A stretch of DNA of 59,388 bases. It comes from a virus (taxonomy: Duplodnaviria > Caudoviricetes). This document shows, in pieces, positions 1 through 8,994 of the stretch. Each line of letters opens with the position of its first letter. Positions within the stretch are counted from its first letter, which is position 1. The notes under the pieces are model-generated. The model ran no database searches. It was given only the letters and a program-made list of their open reading frames with translations, and had not been told where the DNA came from. The position numbers and the translations under genes were made by a program. Location: positions 1 to 59,388 of IMG/VR virus record IMGVR_UViG_3300043159_000017; one strand, written 5' to 3'.

Positions 1-333
1 ATGCGACCGAAGCATCCCGACGCATTCCTCCTGCCCCTGCTGCTGCCGGTGTTCGTCATCGGGCTGTTTCCGCTGCTGATCCTGGGCGTGGTCGGCTTCC
101 TCGGCATCGGCGTCATCGGGCTGCTGGTGCTCTTCATCGCGGTCGGCGACGAACTCGACGCGACCGCCCTGTTCTCCCGCCGGATCGTCACCCAGGCCAG
201 CGTGCACCCCTCGGAGCGCGCCGGCTACCGGATGGATCTGCGCGCGGCGCTGCGCCCCGCGTTGCTGATGAAGTTCGCCGGCGCCGGCCTGATGGTCGTC
301 GGATACGGTGGATTCGTCTGGTCGAGGTGGTAA
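1..333 (+). CDS. Small membrane protein, probably host flank
   Basis: 110 aa ORF with hydrophobic helices, convergent with the phage late operon. Confidence 0.6.
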   Translation: MRPKHPDAFLLPLLLPVFVIGLFPLLILGVVGFLGIGVIGLLVLFIAVGDELDATALFSRRIVTQASVHPSERAGYRMDLRAALRPALLMKFAGAGLMVVGYGGFVWSRW

Positions 334-573
334 CGAGCGGCGAACGGCGCGTCGCCGGCGCCGCAACGCAACGGCTTATCCTCCCCCGCCGCGATCCGCC
401 GCGACCAGCGGCTCAGCAAGCGATTCGCTCGCGCTACCTGTTGCTCGCCATTCGCTATTCGCCGGGGCGCCGTTGCCGATTCGCCGAGCCTCGGGCGTCG
501 CCCGACGCCATTCCTTCGCAGCCCGCCATCCTCGGCGGCTGCTCGCTACTCGCTACTGGCGACTGCGCGGGCG

Positions 574-885
574 CTAGGTTTTCGCCACCACCAGGCCGAT
601 GCCACGGCGCAGCTCGTCGATCCATTTCTCGTGCATGTCGAGGCGGCTTTCCTGCACCGCCAGCGCGGTCAGCACGTCGCCGAGCTTCTTGATCTCGGTC
701 TTGAGTTCCGCAATTTCGATGGCCTGGCGCTCGGCGGCTTTGTTCTGGTTCTCGATCGACAGCGTGATGACGGTGTGCGTCTTGCCGAGCCGGTAGGCGA
801 CGCCGAGGCCGCCGCCCAGGATGGCGAAGATCTCGATGATGTGCAGGACGTCGGGGAGGGTGAGCACGAAGCCTTCGATCTGCAT
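574..885 (-). CDS. Phage membrane protein (TM + coiled coil), lysis-module associated
   Basis: N-terminal TM helix then coiled coil; GAGGAG RBS; last gene of the late operon. Confidence 0.65.
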   Translation of the reverse strand: MQIEGFVLTLPDVLHIIEIFAILGGGLGVAYRLGKTHTVITLSIENQNKAAERQAIEIAELKTEIKKLGDVLTALAVQESRLDMHEKWIDELRRGIGLVVAKT

Positions 886-940
886 TGGGAGCTCCTCGGC
901 GGCCGGCTCCGATCACCGGTCACTGGTCACTGGTGACTGC

Positions 941-1546
941 CTACGGCAGCTTGAACAGGCCGAGCGCGCCGCCGGACAGCACGGCGCCGACGAGGGTGGC
1001 GATGTTGCGCTGGCTTGCCTGCAAGGTCGGGGCGCAGGCGATCGACAGGTCGGAATTGGGCTGCAGCTCATTGATCAGTTCCGACGCCAGTTCGGCCGTG
1101 GTGACGACGTGCGGATCGGGCTTGGAGAGCGGCGCCTGGCCGGCCGGGCACGCGTTCGGCGTCGGCGCGCTCGCGCCGGGGGCAAGCGGCCCGCACAGCG
1201 GCTGCTGCTGGGCGGTGAGCAGCTTCACCCAGGCGTCCCAGCACGGCATGGTGATCGTGTTGTTGGTCGCGTGCGCGCGCGCCGACGCGTAGGTGAAGTC
1301 GGCCAGCAGCTTGGCGAGCACGTCGTCGTTGAGCTTCTCGAGCAGGTTGCCGGCGCCGTCCTGGTTGACCGTCCCGTCCGCATTGCGGCAGCCCGGCAGG
1401 AGGTTCGCCGGGTCGCAGGGGAAGCCGTGCGTGGTGACGCCTTGTACGGGCACGGCGGGCGCGGCGGGGCGCGCCCTGCCCTGCCCGAGCGCCGGCGATG
1501 CCGCGAGCGCGAGCGCGGCGATCGTGATCGGGATGAAGCGGTTCAT
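941..1546 (-). CDS. Secreted hypothetical protein
   Basis: Start re-assigned to MNRFIPITIAALALAASPALG (signal peptide, AGGAG RBS, ATGA overlap with upstream gene). Confidence 0.65.
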   Translation of the reverse strand: MNRFIPITIAALALAASPALGQGRARPAAPAVPVQGVTTHGFPCDPANLLPGCRNADGTVNQDGAGNLLEKLNDDVLAKLLADFTYASARAHATNNTITMPCWDAWVKLLTAQQQPLCGPLAPGASAPTPNACPAGQAPLSKPDPHVVTTAELASELINELQPNSDLSIACAPTLQASQRNIATLVGAVLSGGALGLFKLP

Positions 1547-1980
1547 CTGTCTTGCTCCTGTGAACAGCGGCGCAGGCCTGAGGCCGCGCCGGGCATGATT
1601 TTCAGATTGCGGGTGAGGCCGCCGTGGCGGGCGAGCCAGGCGCGCACCGCCGGCGGATAGTGCGCCATCAGGTAGGCCGTACCCTCGGGACTGTCGCGGC
1701 CGTAAGTGAAGCCTGATGCGTCGCGCGGCTCGTAGGCCCGGTGGAAGCCGAACCTCGCGCCGGGCGTCACGCACACGTGCGGCAGGCCCAGCACCAGGGT
1801 GCAGGCGGAGATGCAGGTCCCGGCCACGACGATCTGCTCGCCGCGCCGGGCGATGGCGGCGTAGCGGTCGGCATATTCCCCAAGATTGCCGCCGTGGTCC
1901 TCATAGATGACGAGGGCGGAGGCCGGCGCGGCCAGCGCCAGCCATAAGACGGCGGCGAGAGCGCGCGTCATTGGCATCAC
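1543..1980 (-). CDS. Secreted protein with ClpP/crotonase-like CxSAC motif
   Basis: Signal peptide, DHGG..., GTCISACTLVL, FGFH motifs resemble a rhizobial hypothetical family. Confidence 0.6.
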   Translation of the reverse strand: MMPMTRALAAVLWLALAAPASALVIYEDHGGNLGEYADRYAAIARRGEQIVVAGTCISACTLVLGLPHVCVTPGARFGFHRAYEPRDASGFTYGRDSPEGTAYLMAHYPPAVRAWLARHGGLTRNLKIMPGAASGLRRCSQEQDR

Positions 1981-2198
1981 CCCATGATGAAGAGCGCGAC
2001 CGCCGCGATCGCGTTAGATGCGAAGAACGCGATGAGCGCGTAGGGGGTAAGATCGTCGGCCGCGTCGTGGCAGACGTTGCGCAGCGGCGGGCATGACCAG
2101 ATTGGCAACCTGTCGCCGGCGCGCATCACGGCCGCCCACACGGCAACCGCGATGCCGACCGGGATCAGCGCCAGCAGCTTGAACACGGCGGCGCTCAC
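1977..2198 (-). CDS. Small two-TM membrane protein
   Basis: GTG start overlapping the holin stop; two hydrophobic segments. Confidence 0.5.
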   Translation of the reverse strand: MSAAVFKLLALIPVGIAVAVWAAVMRAGDRLPIWSCPPLRNVCHDAADDLTPYALIAFFASNAIAAVALFIMG

Positions 2199-2422
2199 GC
2201 GGCCGGCGGCGCAGGGGCGGCCGGGGCGGCAGGCTTGTCCTTCGCCTTCGAGCCGGCGCTTGAGCCCCAGATGTAGCCGACGACGATCATCACGACGTTG
2301 TCGAGGCTGGCGTCGGTCTGAAACTTGAGGAACTTCATCGCCAGCCAGGCGAGGAGGATAAGCGCGCCCAGGATGTTGGGCACGTCGAGAAACTTCTTCA
2401 CGGCGTCCTTGAGCGAGTCCAT
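2195..2422 (-). CDS. Putative holin
   Basis: 75 aa, two TM segments, YxWGSSAGS motif, near endolysin. Confidence 0.65.
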   Translation of the reverse strand: MDSLKDAVKKFLDVPNILGALILLAWLAMKFLKFQTDASLDNVVMIVVGYIWGSSAGSKAKDKPAAPAAPAPPAA

Positions 2423-2526
2423 GCGTCTGCTCCGTTGATGAAGTTGTCAGTCCGAACCTGCAGCGGCGGCCGCCCGCGTCCGCGCATGCGAAACCGGTCG
2501 CCATAGGCGGCCTTCGGCCGCCGTTC

Positions 2527-3066
2527 TTATGGTTGGAAGAACGCCGACGCTGAGCGTCGGCTATGCGCTGGCGGCAAAATCGTAAGGCGCACGGCGAACA
2601 CGCCGGCGCCGAGCTTGCCCAGCGCCCGCGCGGCGCCGCGCGAGAGGTCGATGATGCGGCCGGCGACGTAGGGCCCGCGGTCGTTGATGCGCACGATTAC
2701 GCATGGCGCCTGCGTCGCGGACTGCGCTCGCCGACGCAGGCGCGGGCCTGCTGCCGCGCATACGCGCACGCGCGTGCCGAACGGCAGGCGGCGATGCGCG
2801 GCAGTCAGCCCGTCGGGGCGGAAGCGCTCGCCCGATGCGGTGAGCCGGCCGTGCGCGTACCAGCTCGCTTTACCGCTCTCGGCGTGCGCGACGCTCGCGG
2901 TGAGCGCGAGCAGGAGCAGCGCGAGCGCCGTTCCCCGGATGCGGCGCAGCGTGGAGCAAAAGCGGAACGGTGCGCCGCTGATCCGGGGTCCACCTGTCGC
3001 CCCTGGACCCCGGGTCTGCGTCGCAACACTTCGTGTTGCGCCGCGCCCGGGGAACGAGACGCGCAT
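2527..3066 (-). CDS. rlpA: RlpA-family (DPBB) lytic transglycosylase with repeat-derived insertions
   Basis: [38 protein letters not shown] motifs. Confidence 0.85.
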   Translation of the reverse strand: MRVSFPGRGATRSVATQTRGPGATGGPRISGAPFRFCSTLRRIRGTALALLLLALTASVAHAESGKASWYAHGRLTASGERFRPDGLTAAHRRLPFGTRVRVCAAAGPRLRRRAQSATQAPCVIVRINDRGPYVAGRIIDLSRGAARALGKLGAGVFAVRLTILPPAHSRRSASAFFQP

Positions 3067-3738
3067 CAGACGATGCTGGTATTCAGCGCCCCGCCGGCCC
3101 AGGCCGCGCGCAGCGCGTCATCGGTCCCGTCGAAGGCGTTCAGATCGGCGCCGTTCTCCAGCCCCGGGGCGGTGTGCGGCAGGGGTCCGACGCCGTCGCC
3201 GGTGTACTGGAGCAAGGTCCAATCGGCCCACGGCGCCGGCACGCGGATGTGCTTCTTGAGGTCGGCAAGCTCGATCGCGCCGAGGCCGGTCTTGTACTGG
3301 CACAGCCACAGCGGCCGCGCCTTGAAATAATCCGCGGCGGCGGAGCTGGCGTGCGCCAGCGGACTGATGTGCTCGAAGACGCGGTTGCCGGCCGGTCGCG
3401 TCCTCGACGAACCGCATGAAGTCGTAGGCCTGCAGCCCGGACATCGGCGAATGCGGATTGTCCTCGAAGTCGAGGCACAGCAGCGTCGCCGCGTCCGGCT
3501 GCGCCACGGCGAGGAAGTGCTTGGCGTGCGCCTGCGGATCGTCGCCGGTCGCGAACGAATAGGCGCCCCACTTCAAGCCCGCGGCGAGCGCCAGCGGGCG
3601 CCGGTGCGCATATTGGTCGTCGGTCATGCCGACGCCTTGCGTCGCCTTGTGGATGACGCCGACCCCGCCGGAGGCGGCGAACTTGGCGAAGTCGACGGGA
3701 TTGAAGTGCGCCATGTCGGCGACGACGGGACGGATCAT
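3066..3738 (-). pseudogene. GH25 muramidase endolysin, frameshifted near 3390
   Basis: HKATQG, GAYSF, LDFEDN motifs in the first frame; C-half (GNRVFEH...LWLCQY...WTLLQYTGDG...DLNAFDG) continues in another frame to TGA at 3066. Confidence 0.85.
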
Positions 3739-3751
3739 GCGGACGCTCCTT

Positions 3752-3871
3752 GTAGGGTGGGCAAAGGCGCGTTAGCGCCGTGCCCACGCGGTTTAATTTG
3801 TTTGGTGGAAGCGAAGACGTGGGCACGCGCCTGACGGCGCTTTGCCCACCCTACGGGCTAATGCGCCCTAC
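3752..3871. repeat. GTAG-family REP doublet
   Basis: GTAGGGTGGGCAAAG...CTTTGCCCACCCTAC inverted pair. Confidence 0.85.
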
Positions 3872-4128
3872 TTGCTCAGCCCATGTTCTTTGATCCACGC
3901 CGCCTGGCAGCGCAGCGAGATCGAGAACTTGTGCTCGCCCATGCAATCGCGGATGCGGGCACCGTCGCGCGCGGCATATTCCTTCGGGCACAGCCGGCGC
4001 ACGTCGCCGTCGCAGGCGCGGCGAATGGCGGGCGAGGCGTCCTGCGGATGCGCGGGACGCGGGATCGCCAGGATGGCAAGCGTCGCGATGACCACGAGCC
4101 AGATGAGCGGCTGAAGCTGCCAGTGCAT
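3868..4128 (-). CDS. Secreted cysteine-rich small protein
   Basis: Signal peptide; ACxxDVRRLC...CM...IS.RC pattern. Confidence 0.7.
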   Translation of the reverse strand: MHWQLQPLIWLVVIATLAILAIPRPAHPQDASPAIRRACDGDVRRLCPKEYAARDGARIRDCMGEHKFSISLRCQAAWIKEHGLSK

Positions 4129-4139
4129 GGAGAATTTCC

Positions 4140-4250
4140 GTAGGGTGCATTAGCGCCGCAGGCGCGTAATGCACCTCTTGTGTTGTTTGACTTGTGTTGT
4201 CCGTGAGGGAACCCGGCGCAATACGCGGCTGCGCCGCTATTGCGCCCTAC
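4140..4250. repeat. GTAG-family REP doublet
   Basis: GTAGGGTGCATTAG...TATTGCGCCCTAC. Confidence 0.85.
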
Positions 4251-4711
4251 GTATTCGGCGGTGGCGCGAAGAAACACCGCCGCGAGCCGTCCGGGCGCTT
4301 GCAGCGCCAGTAGGCGCCGTCCGGCGAGGGCTGCGCCTCGGCATAGGGCACGATCTCGGCGCGCACGTGCTCCTGCCCGTCGTCCTCGGTTTGTTTGACG
4401 ACGACGTGGTAGCCGTCCGCGCGCGCGGAAACCTGTTCGCTCGGCAGCACGAAGCAGTCGCCTTCCCCGCAGCACCATTCGCCGGCGGCGTTGCGCAAAG
4501 CCCCGCGCGAGATCCAGCTGTCGTGCGCGTCGAGGCTCGCCGCGAGGAACAACCAGATAGCGAAGGCGAGGACGAGCAAGCCGATGATGGCCGGCCAGGG
4601 AGCGGCGAATAGCGAGTACCCCCGGGTCGAAGAGCCCGGGGGGAGTAGTGAAGCGTGCCCGCTGTTCTTTCTATTCGCTATTCGCCATTCGCTATTCGCG
4701 GACGTCTTCAC
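4247..4711 (-). CDS. Cys-containing exported phage protein with repeat-derived N-terminus
   Basis: TM/signal then HDSW...WCCGEGDC...SPDG.YWRC...CFF; N-terminal ANSEWRIANRK comes from a heptamer repeat. Confidence 0.7.
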   Translation of the reverse strand: MKTSANSEWRIANRKNSGHASLLPPGSSTRGYSLFAAPWPAIIGLLVLAFAIWLFLAASLDAHDSWISRGALRNAAGEWCCGEGDCFVLPSEQVSARADGYHVVVKQTEDDGQEHVRAEIVPYAEAQPSPDGAYWRCKRPDGSRRCFFAPPPNT

Positions 4712-5355
4712 TCCTCACTCCATTCCACAAACACATTGAGCACCGTGCCGCCCGGCATCGTCGCGCCGTTGAGGTTGAGGTAGAGGCCTTCGGCCGCGGA
4801 ATTGAGCACGATCGATTTGTCGTTGACCGTGCCGAAGTCGAACTCGACCGGCACCGCGGCACCGCCCGAGCCGGCGGTGGAGAGGTTGATCTGTTGCGCC
4901 CGGATCGCGCCGACGAGCGTCCCGGCGGTAGGCGCGGCAGCGAAGCTCGAGGCGGCGGCGGTCGCGGCGCCGTCGTTCGAATCGTGGCTCACCGCGGTGA
5001 GCGCGGTCGGGGTGCCGCCGGAATCCGCGCTCGAGCGCTTGAGGAGCTGCACGTCGAGCTGGTTCGCCGCCGCCGCCCGTCCCGACACGGCGAAGCGCAG
5101 CACCCGCACTTGTTTGCTCGCCGACCCGACGATGCCGACGATGTCCTGGGGCGTGGCGTAGGGCGAATAGGCGATGACCGCGGCCGAATAGGTCGGCTTG
5201 CGGCCTTCCGCGTTCGACATCTGCGCCCCGGTCTTGTCGAGCGAGACGACCTGCATCGAGGTCGCCGCAAAGGCCGGATAGGCGGTGCCGTAGACTTGGC
5301 CCATCTGCGGCTCGCCGGTGCCCTGCCCTTGGGTAATCACTCGTCCAGCTTCCAT
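4708..5355 (-). CDS. Putative virion structural protein
   Basis: Ala/Gly/Thr-rich beta-type sequence ending VEWSEE; AGGAG RBS; in late operon. Confidence 0.6.
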   Translation of the reverse strand: MEAGRVITQGQGTGEPQMGQVYGTAYPAFAATSMQVVSLDKTGAQMSNAEGRKPTYSAAVIAYSPYATPQDIVGIVGSASKQVRVLRFAVSGRAAAANQLDVQLLKRSSADSGGTPTALTAVSHDSNDGAATAAASSFAAAPTAGTLVGAIRAQQINLSTAGSGGAAVPVEFDFGTVNDKSIVLNSAAEGLYLNLNGATMPGGTVLNVFVEWSEE

Positions 5356-5601
5356 TTCGGTTTCTCCTGCCGCGTTTTTTCCGTTGCGCCCTCGCCGGCG
5401 CGCTTGGTTCACGACGCGCCGGCAGCGGGCGCCGCTGTCGCAAGTTTGGACTGTCGATTGCGACGGCTTATCCCTCCCTCTTGCGGGGAGGGTGGTCGCC
5501 GAAGGCGACCGGCTGGGGGTCGTTGTTTGTTAGCGGTCGCCGTGCGACACTGAACTACCGAAGGCGTCAGCGACCTGTGCAGAGAGCCTTGGCGGAACGC
5601 G

Positions 5602-5784
5602 ATGAAACGGCCGAATAAGAAAGACGAAGTGCGCACTTGGCGCGCGTCGCTGATCAAGAGCCGAGCGGAATATCTCGGCCTCGTCCGCGCAACGGATCGG
5701 AAAGCGGCCGAAGCGGCCGCCATCGAGCAGTTCAACCTGACCGCTGAGCAGCAAAAGCGGCTAGTGCTACAGGAACAGTTGTGA
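5602..5784 (+). CDS. Small hypothetical protein (60 aa)
   Basis: YLGLVRA.D...A...AIEQF; a paralogous remnant lies at 47059-47181. Confidence 0.7.
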   Translation: MKRPNKKDEVRTWRASLIKSRAEYLGLVRATDRKAAEAAAIEQFNLTAEQQKRLVLQEQL

Positions 5785-5953
5785 CCAAACCCGCTTGCTT
5801 CGCTTCGGCGCAATACGCTTCGCTATTGCGCCCTACGGCCCTGATCCGAAAAACGCCCTCCGCCCGTTTAAGTCGCGGTTGAAATAAAGGAGCGTTGTGG
5901 TATTAGATGGCTGCAGGCTCGCTGAGAAATAGGCGAGCGCAGCGGGGCGGCCT

Positions 5954-7111
5954 ATGGACTCACCGTCGGAGGCGAGCATTCGATCAGCTACAGCGCCGCA
6001 GTTGCGTTTTCACCCACTGAAAGCGTTCATATTTCAGCTTGTGGTTTTGCTTTTCGCATCACTCTTGGCCACAATCGTATTCGCCTATATTGAGGATGGA
6101 CCGGAGTTGTCGCTTGGCAGTATTTTATTTGTTTTTAGGCGCAATTCAATTAATAACTTGGCTATTACGCTAGCTTTCTTCTGGGGTATATGGTGGTCTT
6201 TGCTCAAGCTAGCTCCAAGCGCGCTATCTTGGCTCCTTCCGTTCAAGCACTCGCCCCCGGGCATCCAAGCGAGCCGGCCGGAAGACGGGGCGGGTTTGGA
6301 AATTGGCGATCCGATCCGCACAGAAAAGCTAGAAGTCCTCAGAACGATAGACCAACGCATCGAGCGCCTAAGAGGAACAACATTGGCTTTCCTTTTCGGA
6401 ATAGCGCTTTCTTTGATTACTGGAGCTTTTGTGATTATTTTTGCTGGAAGGTTGACGAGTTTGGACGCCTCGGCGGTGAGCAACGTGGACAGAATTAAAT
6501 CTGACTTGGCAGATGAAAGCCGCAGGCTTTCTCGACTATACCAATACCAGAGCCTCTTTACTCAGATTGACACCGCAAAGAATGCCCAGGCACCGAAAGA
6601 CACTCTAGATAAGTTGGACCGTCAAGTGGCAACCTTGCAAGATCTGGTAACCCCCTCCCCGCCCGATCTAGCAACTTCGAAAACACTCATTGCCGATGAA
6701 AAAGAACTGATCACAAATATACACAAACTGCTGGACGCAGCGTGGACGAAGGAGCTTAGTTCGGATCGCGGTTACAATGATTGGCATTATATAGCGGCGA
6801 CGGCCATAACGCGCGTCGGCGTGGTGCTCATCATCGTATACTTGGTTCAAATACTGATGGGTCTATATAGGTACAATACGCGTCTAATTTCGTACTATAG
6901 CTCGCGTCGTGATCTGCTTGTTCTATGGGACGGGAAGCAACGCGGTTTGAAGCCTCTTGATGAGATGCTGGCTTCGTCCCAGATTGACTTCGGGAAGGAG
7001 CCGAAGCACCCACTTGAAGATTTGTTCAAGGCGCTAGGAAGCAAGGTAGATTCGATTATTTCGGGACGTAAGGCAGCCGCTACGGGCAAACAGGAAGTCC
7101 CTTCGCCATAA
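5954..7111 (+). CDS. Low-GC multi-TM/coiled-coil membrane protein (moron)
   Basis: 385 aa, about four TM segments, AT-richer than flanks, opposite strand. Confidence 0.8.
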   Translation: MDSPSEASIRSATAPQLRFHPLKAFIFQLVVLLFASLLATIVFAYIEDGPELSLGSILFVFRRNSINNLAITLAFFWGIWWSLLKLAPSALSWLLPFKHSPPGIQASRPEDGAGLEIGDPIRTEKLEVLRTIDQRIERLRGTTLAFLFGIALSLITGAFVIIFAGRLTSLDASAVSNVDRIKSDLADESRRLSRLYQYQSLFTQIDTAKNAQAPKDTLDKLDRQVATLQDLVTPSPPDLATSKTLIADEKELITNIHKLLDAAWTKELSSDRGYNDWHYIAATAITRVGVVLIIVYLVQILMGLYRYNTRLISYYSSRRDLLVLWDGKQRGLKPLDEMLASSQIDFGKEPKHPLEDLFKALGSKVDSIISGRKAAATGKQEVPSP

Positions 7112-7202
7112 TAGTCGTGTGCAGGGCAATACACGCTAGGTGTCCGATTCCGATAGCGGAAACCCGCCGTCGCATCCGTCGCAGTGGCGTCGGACTCATC
7201 CC

Positions 7203-7706
7203 CTACTCCGCCCTGGCGAACTCGCCGTATAGCTCGTGCGCGGCGGCGGCGTATGCTTCGTGCGCGGCCTCAGCCGTCGCGTGCCGGCCGAGAAAATAGG
7301 CTCGCCCGTCCTTCCAAATCCGCGCGATCCATTTTCCCGTTTGTCGATCAAAGCGGACGCCTTTAAATCCCGACGTGTTGTTGCGGTGACGCCGTCGATT
7401 GGCGCTGTTGTGGGAAAACGTCGCCAGTCGCAGGTTGTCCCAGCGGTTGTTCGTGGGGTCGCGGTCGCGGTGATCTATCATCGGCCGGCCCCACTCGCCC
7501 TTCATGTATAGCCACGCGAGCTGGTGAGCGGTGTACGTGCGGCCGTCGATACGGATGCACCGATATCGGTGACTGAGCGAACCGGCGAGGTCGCCGATTT
7601 GAAAAGCGGAGCTCACCCGTTGCAGCCAGCGAAACTCCCCGGTCTCGGGGTCGTAGTGCAAAACCTCACGCAGCCTCTCCGGCGTGAGTCGCGGGCGGGT
7701 TCTCAT
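7203..7706 (-). CDS. HNH endonuclease with C-terminal AP2 domain
   Basis: AHQLAWLY, IDHRDRDPTNNRWDNLRLAT, NTSGFKGV, W.ARI...LGRH.TAEAA..AY. Confidence 0.9.
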   Translation of the reverse strand: MRTRPRLTPERLREVLHYDPETGEFRWLQRVSSAFQIGDLAGSLSHRYRCIRIDGRTYTAHQLAWLYMKGEWGRPMIDHRDRDPTNNRWDNLRLATFSHNSANRRRHRNNTSGFKGVRFDRQTGKWIARIWKDGRAYFLGRHATAEAAHEAYAAAAHELYGEFARAE

Positions 7707-7771
7707 CGGTGTCTTGCAAAAATAGAAAAGGGCCGCGGGCGGCCCTTGGCGGACGCCGGATGCGGCTCGGG

Positions 7772-7954
7772 TCAGGCGGTGGGCGCGAGCGCCGGCTTGG
7801 GCGCGTTTGGCGGGTTTGGCGGCGCGATCGAACCGGCGATGCCCGGCGTTTGTTTGCTCGCCGCCTTGGCGAGCGCCAGGAAGCTGTTCGCCTTGCGCCG
7901 CATCGGCGCCGGGTCGGACGCTTGCAGCGCCTTGCGCCGGAAGAGTTGCGTCAT
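7772..7954 (-). CDS. Small basic hypothetical protein
   Basis: MTQLFRRKA... start immediately after the upstream stop. Confidence 0.45.
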   Translation of the reverse strand: MTQLFRRKALQASDPAPMRRKANSFLALAKAASKQTPGIAGSIAPPNPPNAPKPALAPTA

Positions 7955-7955
7955 C

Positions 7956-8993
7956 TCATGATGTTGCTGTGCTGCGAATCGCATCGGCGGCTCCTGGTCC
8001 GTAGATGAGGTCGATTTCGGCCGGGCTCGCGTGACCGCCCTCAAGCGCGTTGTGAATCGCTGCGGTCTCGAACGCGTCGGCCGCCGGCAGCGCTTTTGTG
8101 GCCATGAGCCGCGCGGCTCCATCGAGGTCGGCGGCCTCGATCCGATCGGGCGGCACACCCGTGTCGCCGACGACGCGCTCCAGCATGGTCCGATGGGCGG
8201 CGACAAGCTGCGGGTCCGGCGCCGCGGGCTGCGTCGCCTCGGCGACGGCGTCCCCGTTTGCCGCCTCCGCCGCGGGCTCGGGTTGCGGCGGCGCTTCGGC
8301 GGCGGAATTGATGTCCGCCGGCACGCTTGGCTGGACGTTCGGCTGTTGCGCAGGCCTTGCCGCGCGGCCCGTAGCCTGCCGACGCCTCTGCTCCGCGATT
8401 GCCTGATGATAGTCGGCGAGCGATCGGTGATAGGCGATCATGTCGCCAGCCCGAAACGCTTGGATCGCGGCGTTGAGCGCGGCAATCTGGTTGTGCACCA
8501 ACTGCTGTTGCGCCTTATCGGCGCCCTGGATCGCCGCGCCGGCGCCGCTCGCAAAAGCCGCGGCGGCCGGCTTGTTCCAGTTCTGCCCCGCGCTCGACAG
8601 GCCGGCGCCGAGCGCCGACATGAAGCGTCCCGTGTTCGGCCCGAACAGACCGGCTGCGTTGGCCTGAGGCGCGAGGGCACCGCCCAGCGCATTGCCGATG
8701 ATGGGCGGCATGTTGCCCCAAGCGGCGCCCTGCCCGGGCGGGGTCGGCGGCGTCATACCGGCCGGCGGGGCAAGCGGGACGTTGAGGCCGCCGGGCTGCG
8801 CCGGCGGGGCGGTCGCGTCGTTGGGGGTTGCCGTCGCGGCGCTCGCGGCCGGTTGCGTCGCGCTGTTGGGTGCCGCGGGGACCGCGGCCGGCGGCGCGTT
8901 CGGATCGAGCAGCTGCTGGATCGGATAGAGCGGCGACGGCGGCAGGAAATCCGTGCCGAGCACACCGGAGCCGAAGATGCTGTCGGACGCCAT
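7956..8993 (-). CDS. Putative DNA ejection/internal virion protein
   Basis: Ala/Pro/Gly/Gln-rich; position after the tail hub as in podoviruses. Confidence 0.55.
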   Translation of the reverse strand: MASDSIFGSGVLGTDFLPPSPLYPIQQLLDPNAPPAAVPAAPNSATQPAASAATATPNDATAPPAQPGGLNVPLAPPAGMTPPTPPGQGAAWGNMPPIIGNALGGALAPQANAAGLFGPNTGRFMSALGAGLSSAGQNWNKPAAAAFASGAGAAIQGADKAQQQLVHNQIAALNAAIQAFRAGDMIAYHRSLADYHQAIAEQRRRQATGRAARPAQQPNVQPSVPADINSAAEAPPQPEPAAEAANGDAVAEATQPAAPDPQLVAAHRTMLERVVGDTGVPPDRIEAADLDGAARLMATKALPAADAFETAAIHNALEGGHASPAEIDLIYGPGAADAIRSTATS

Positions 8994-8994
8994 G

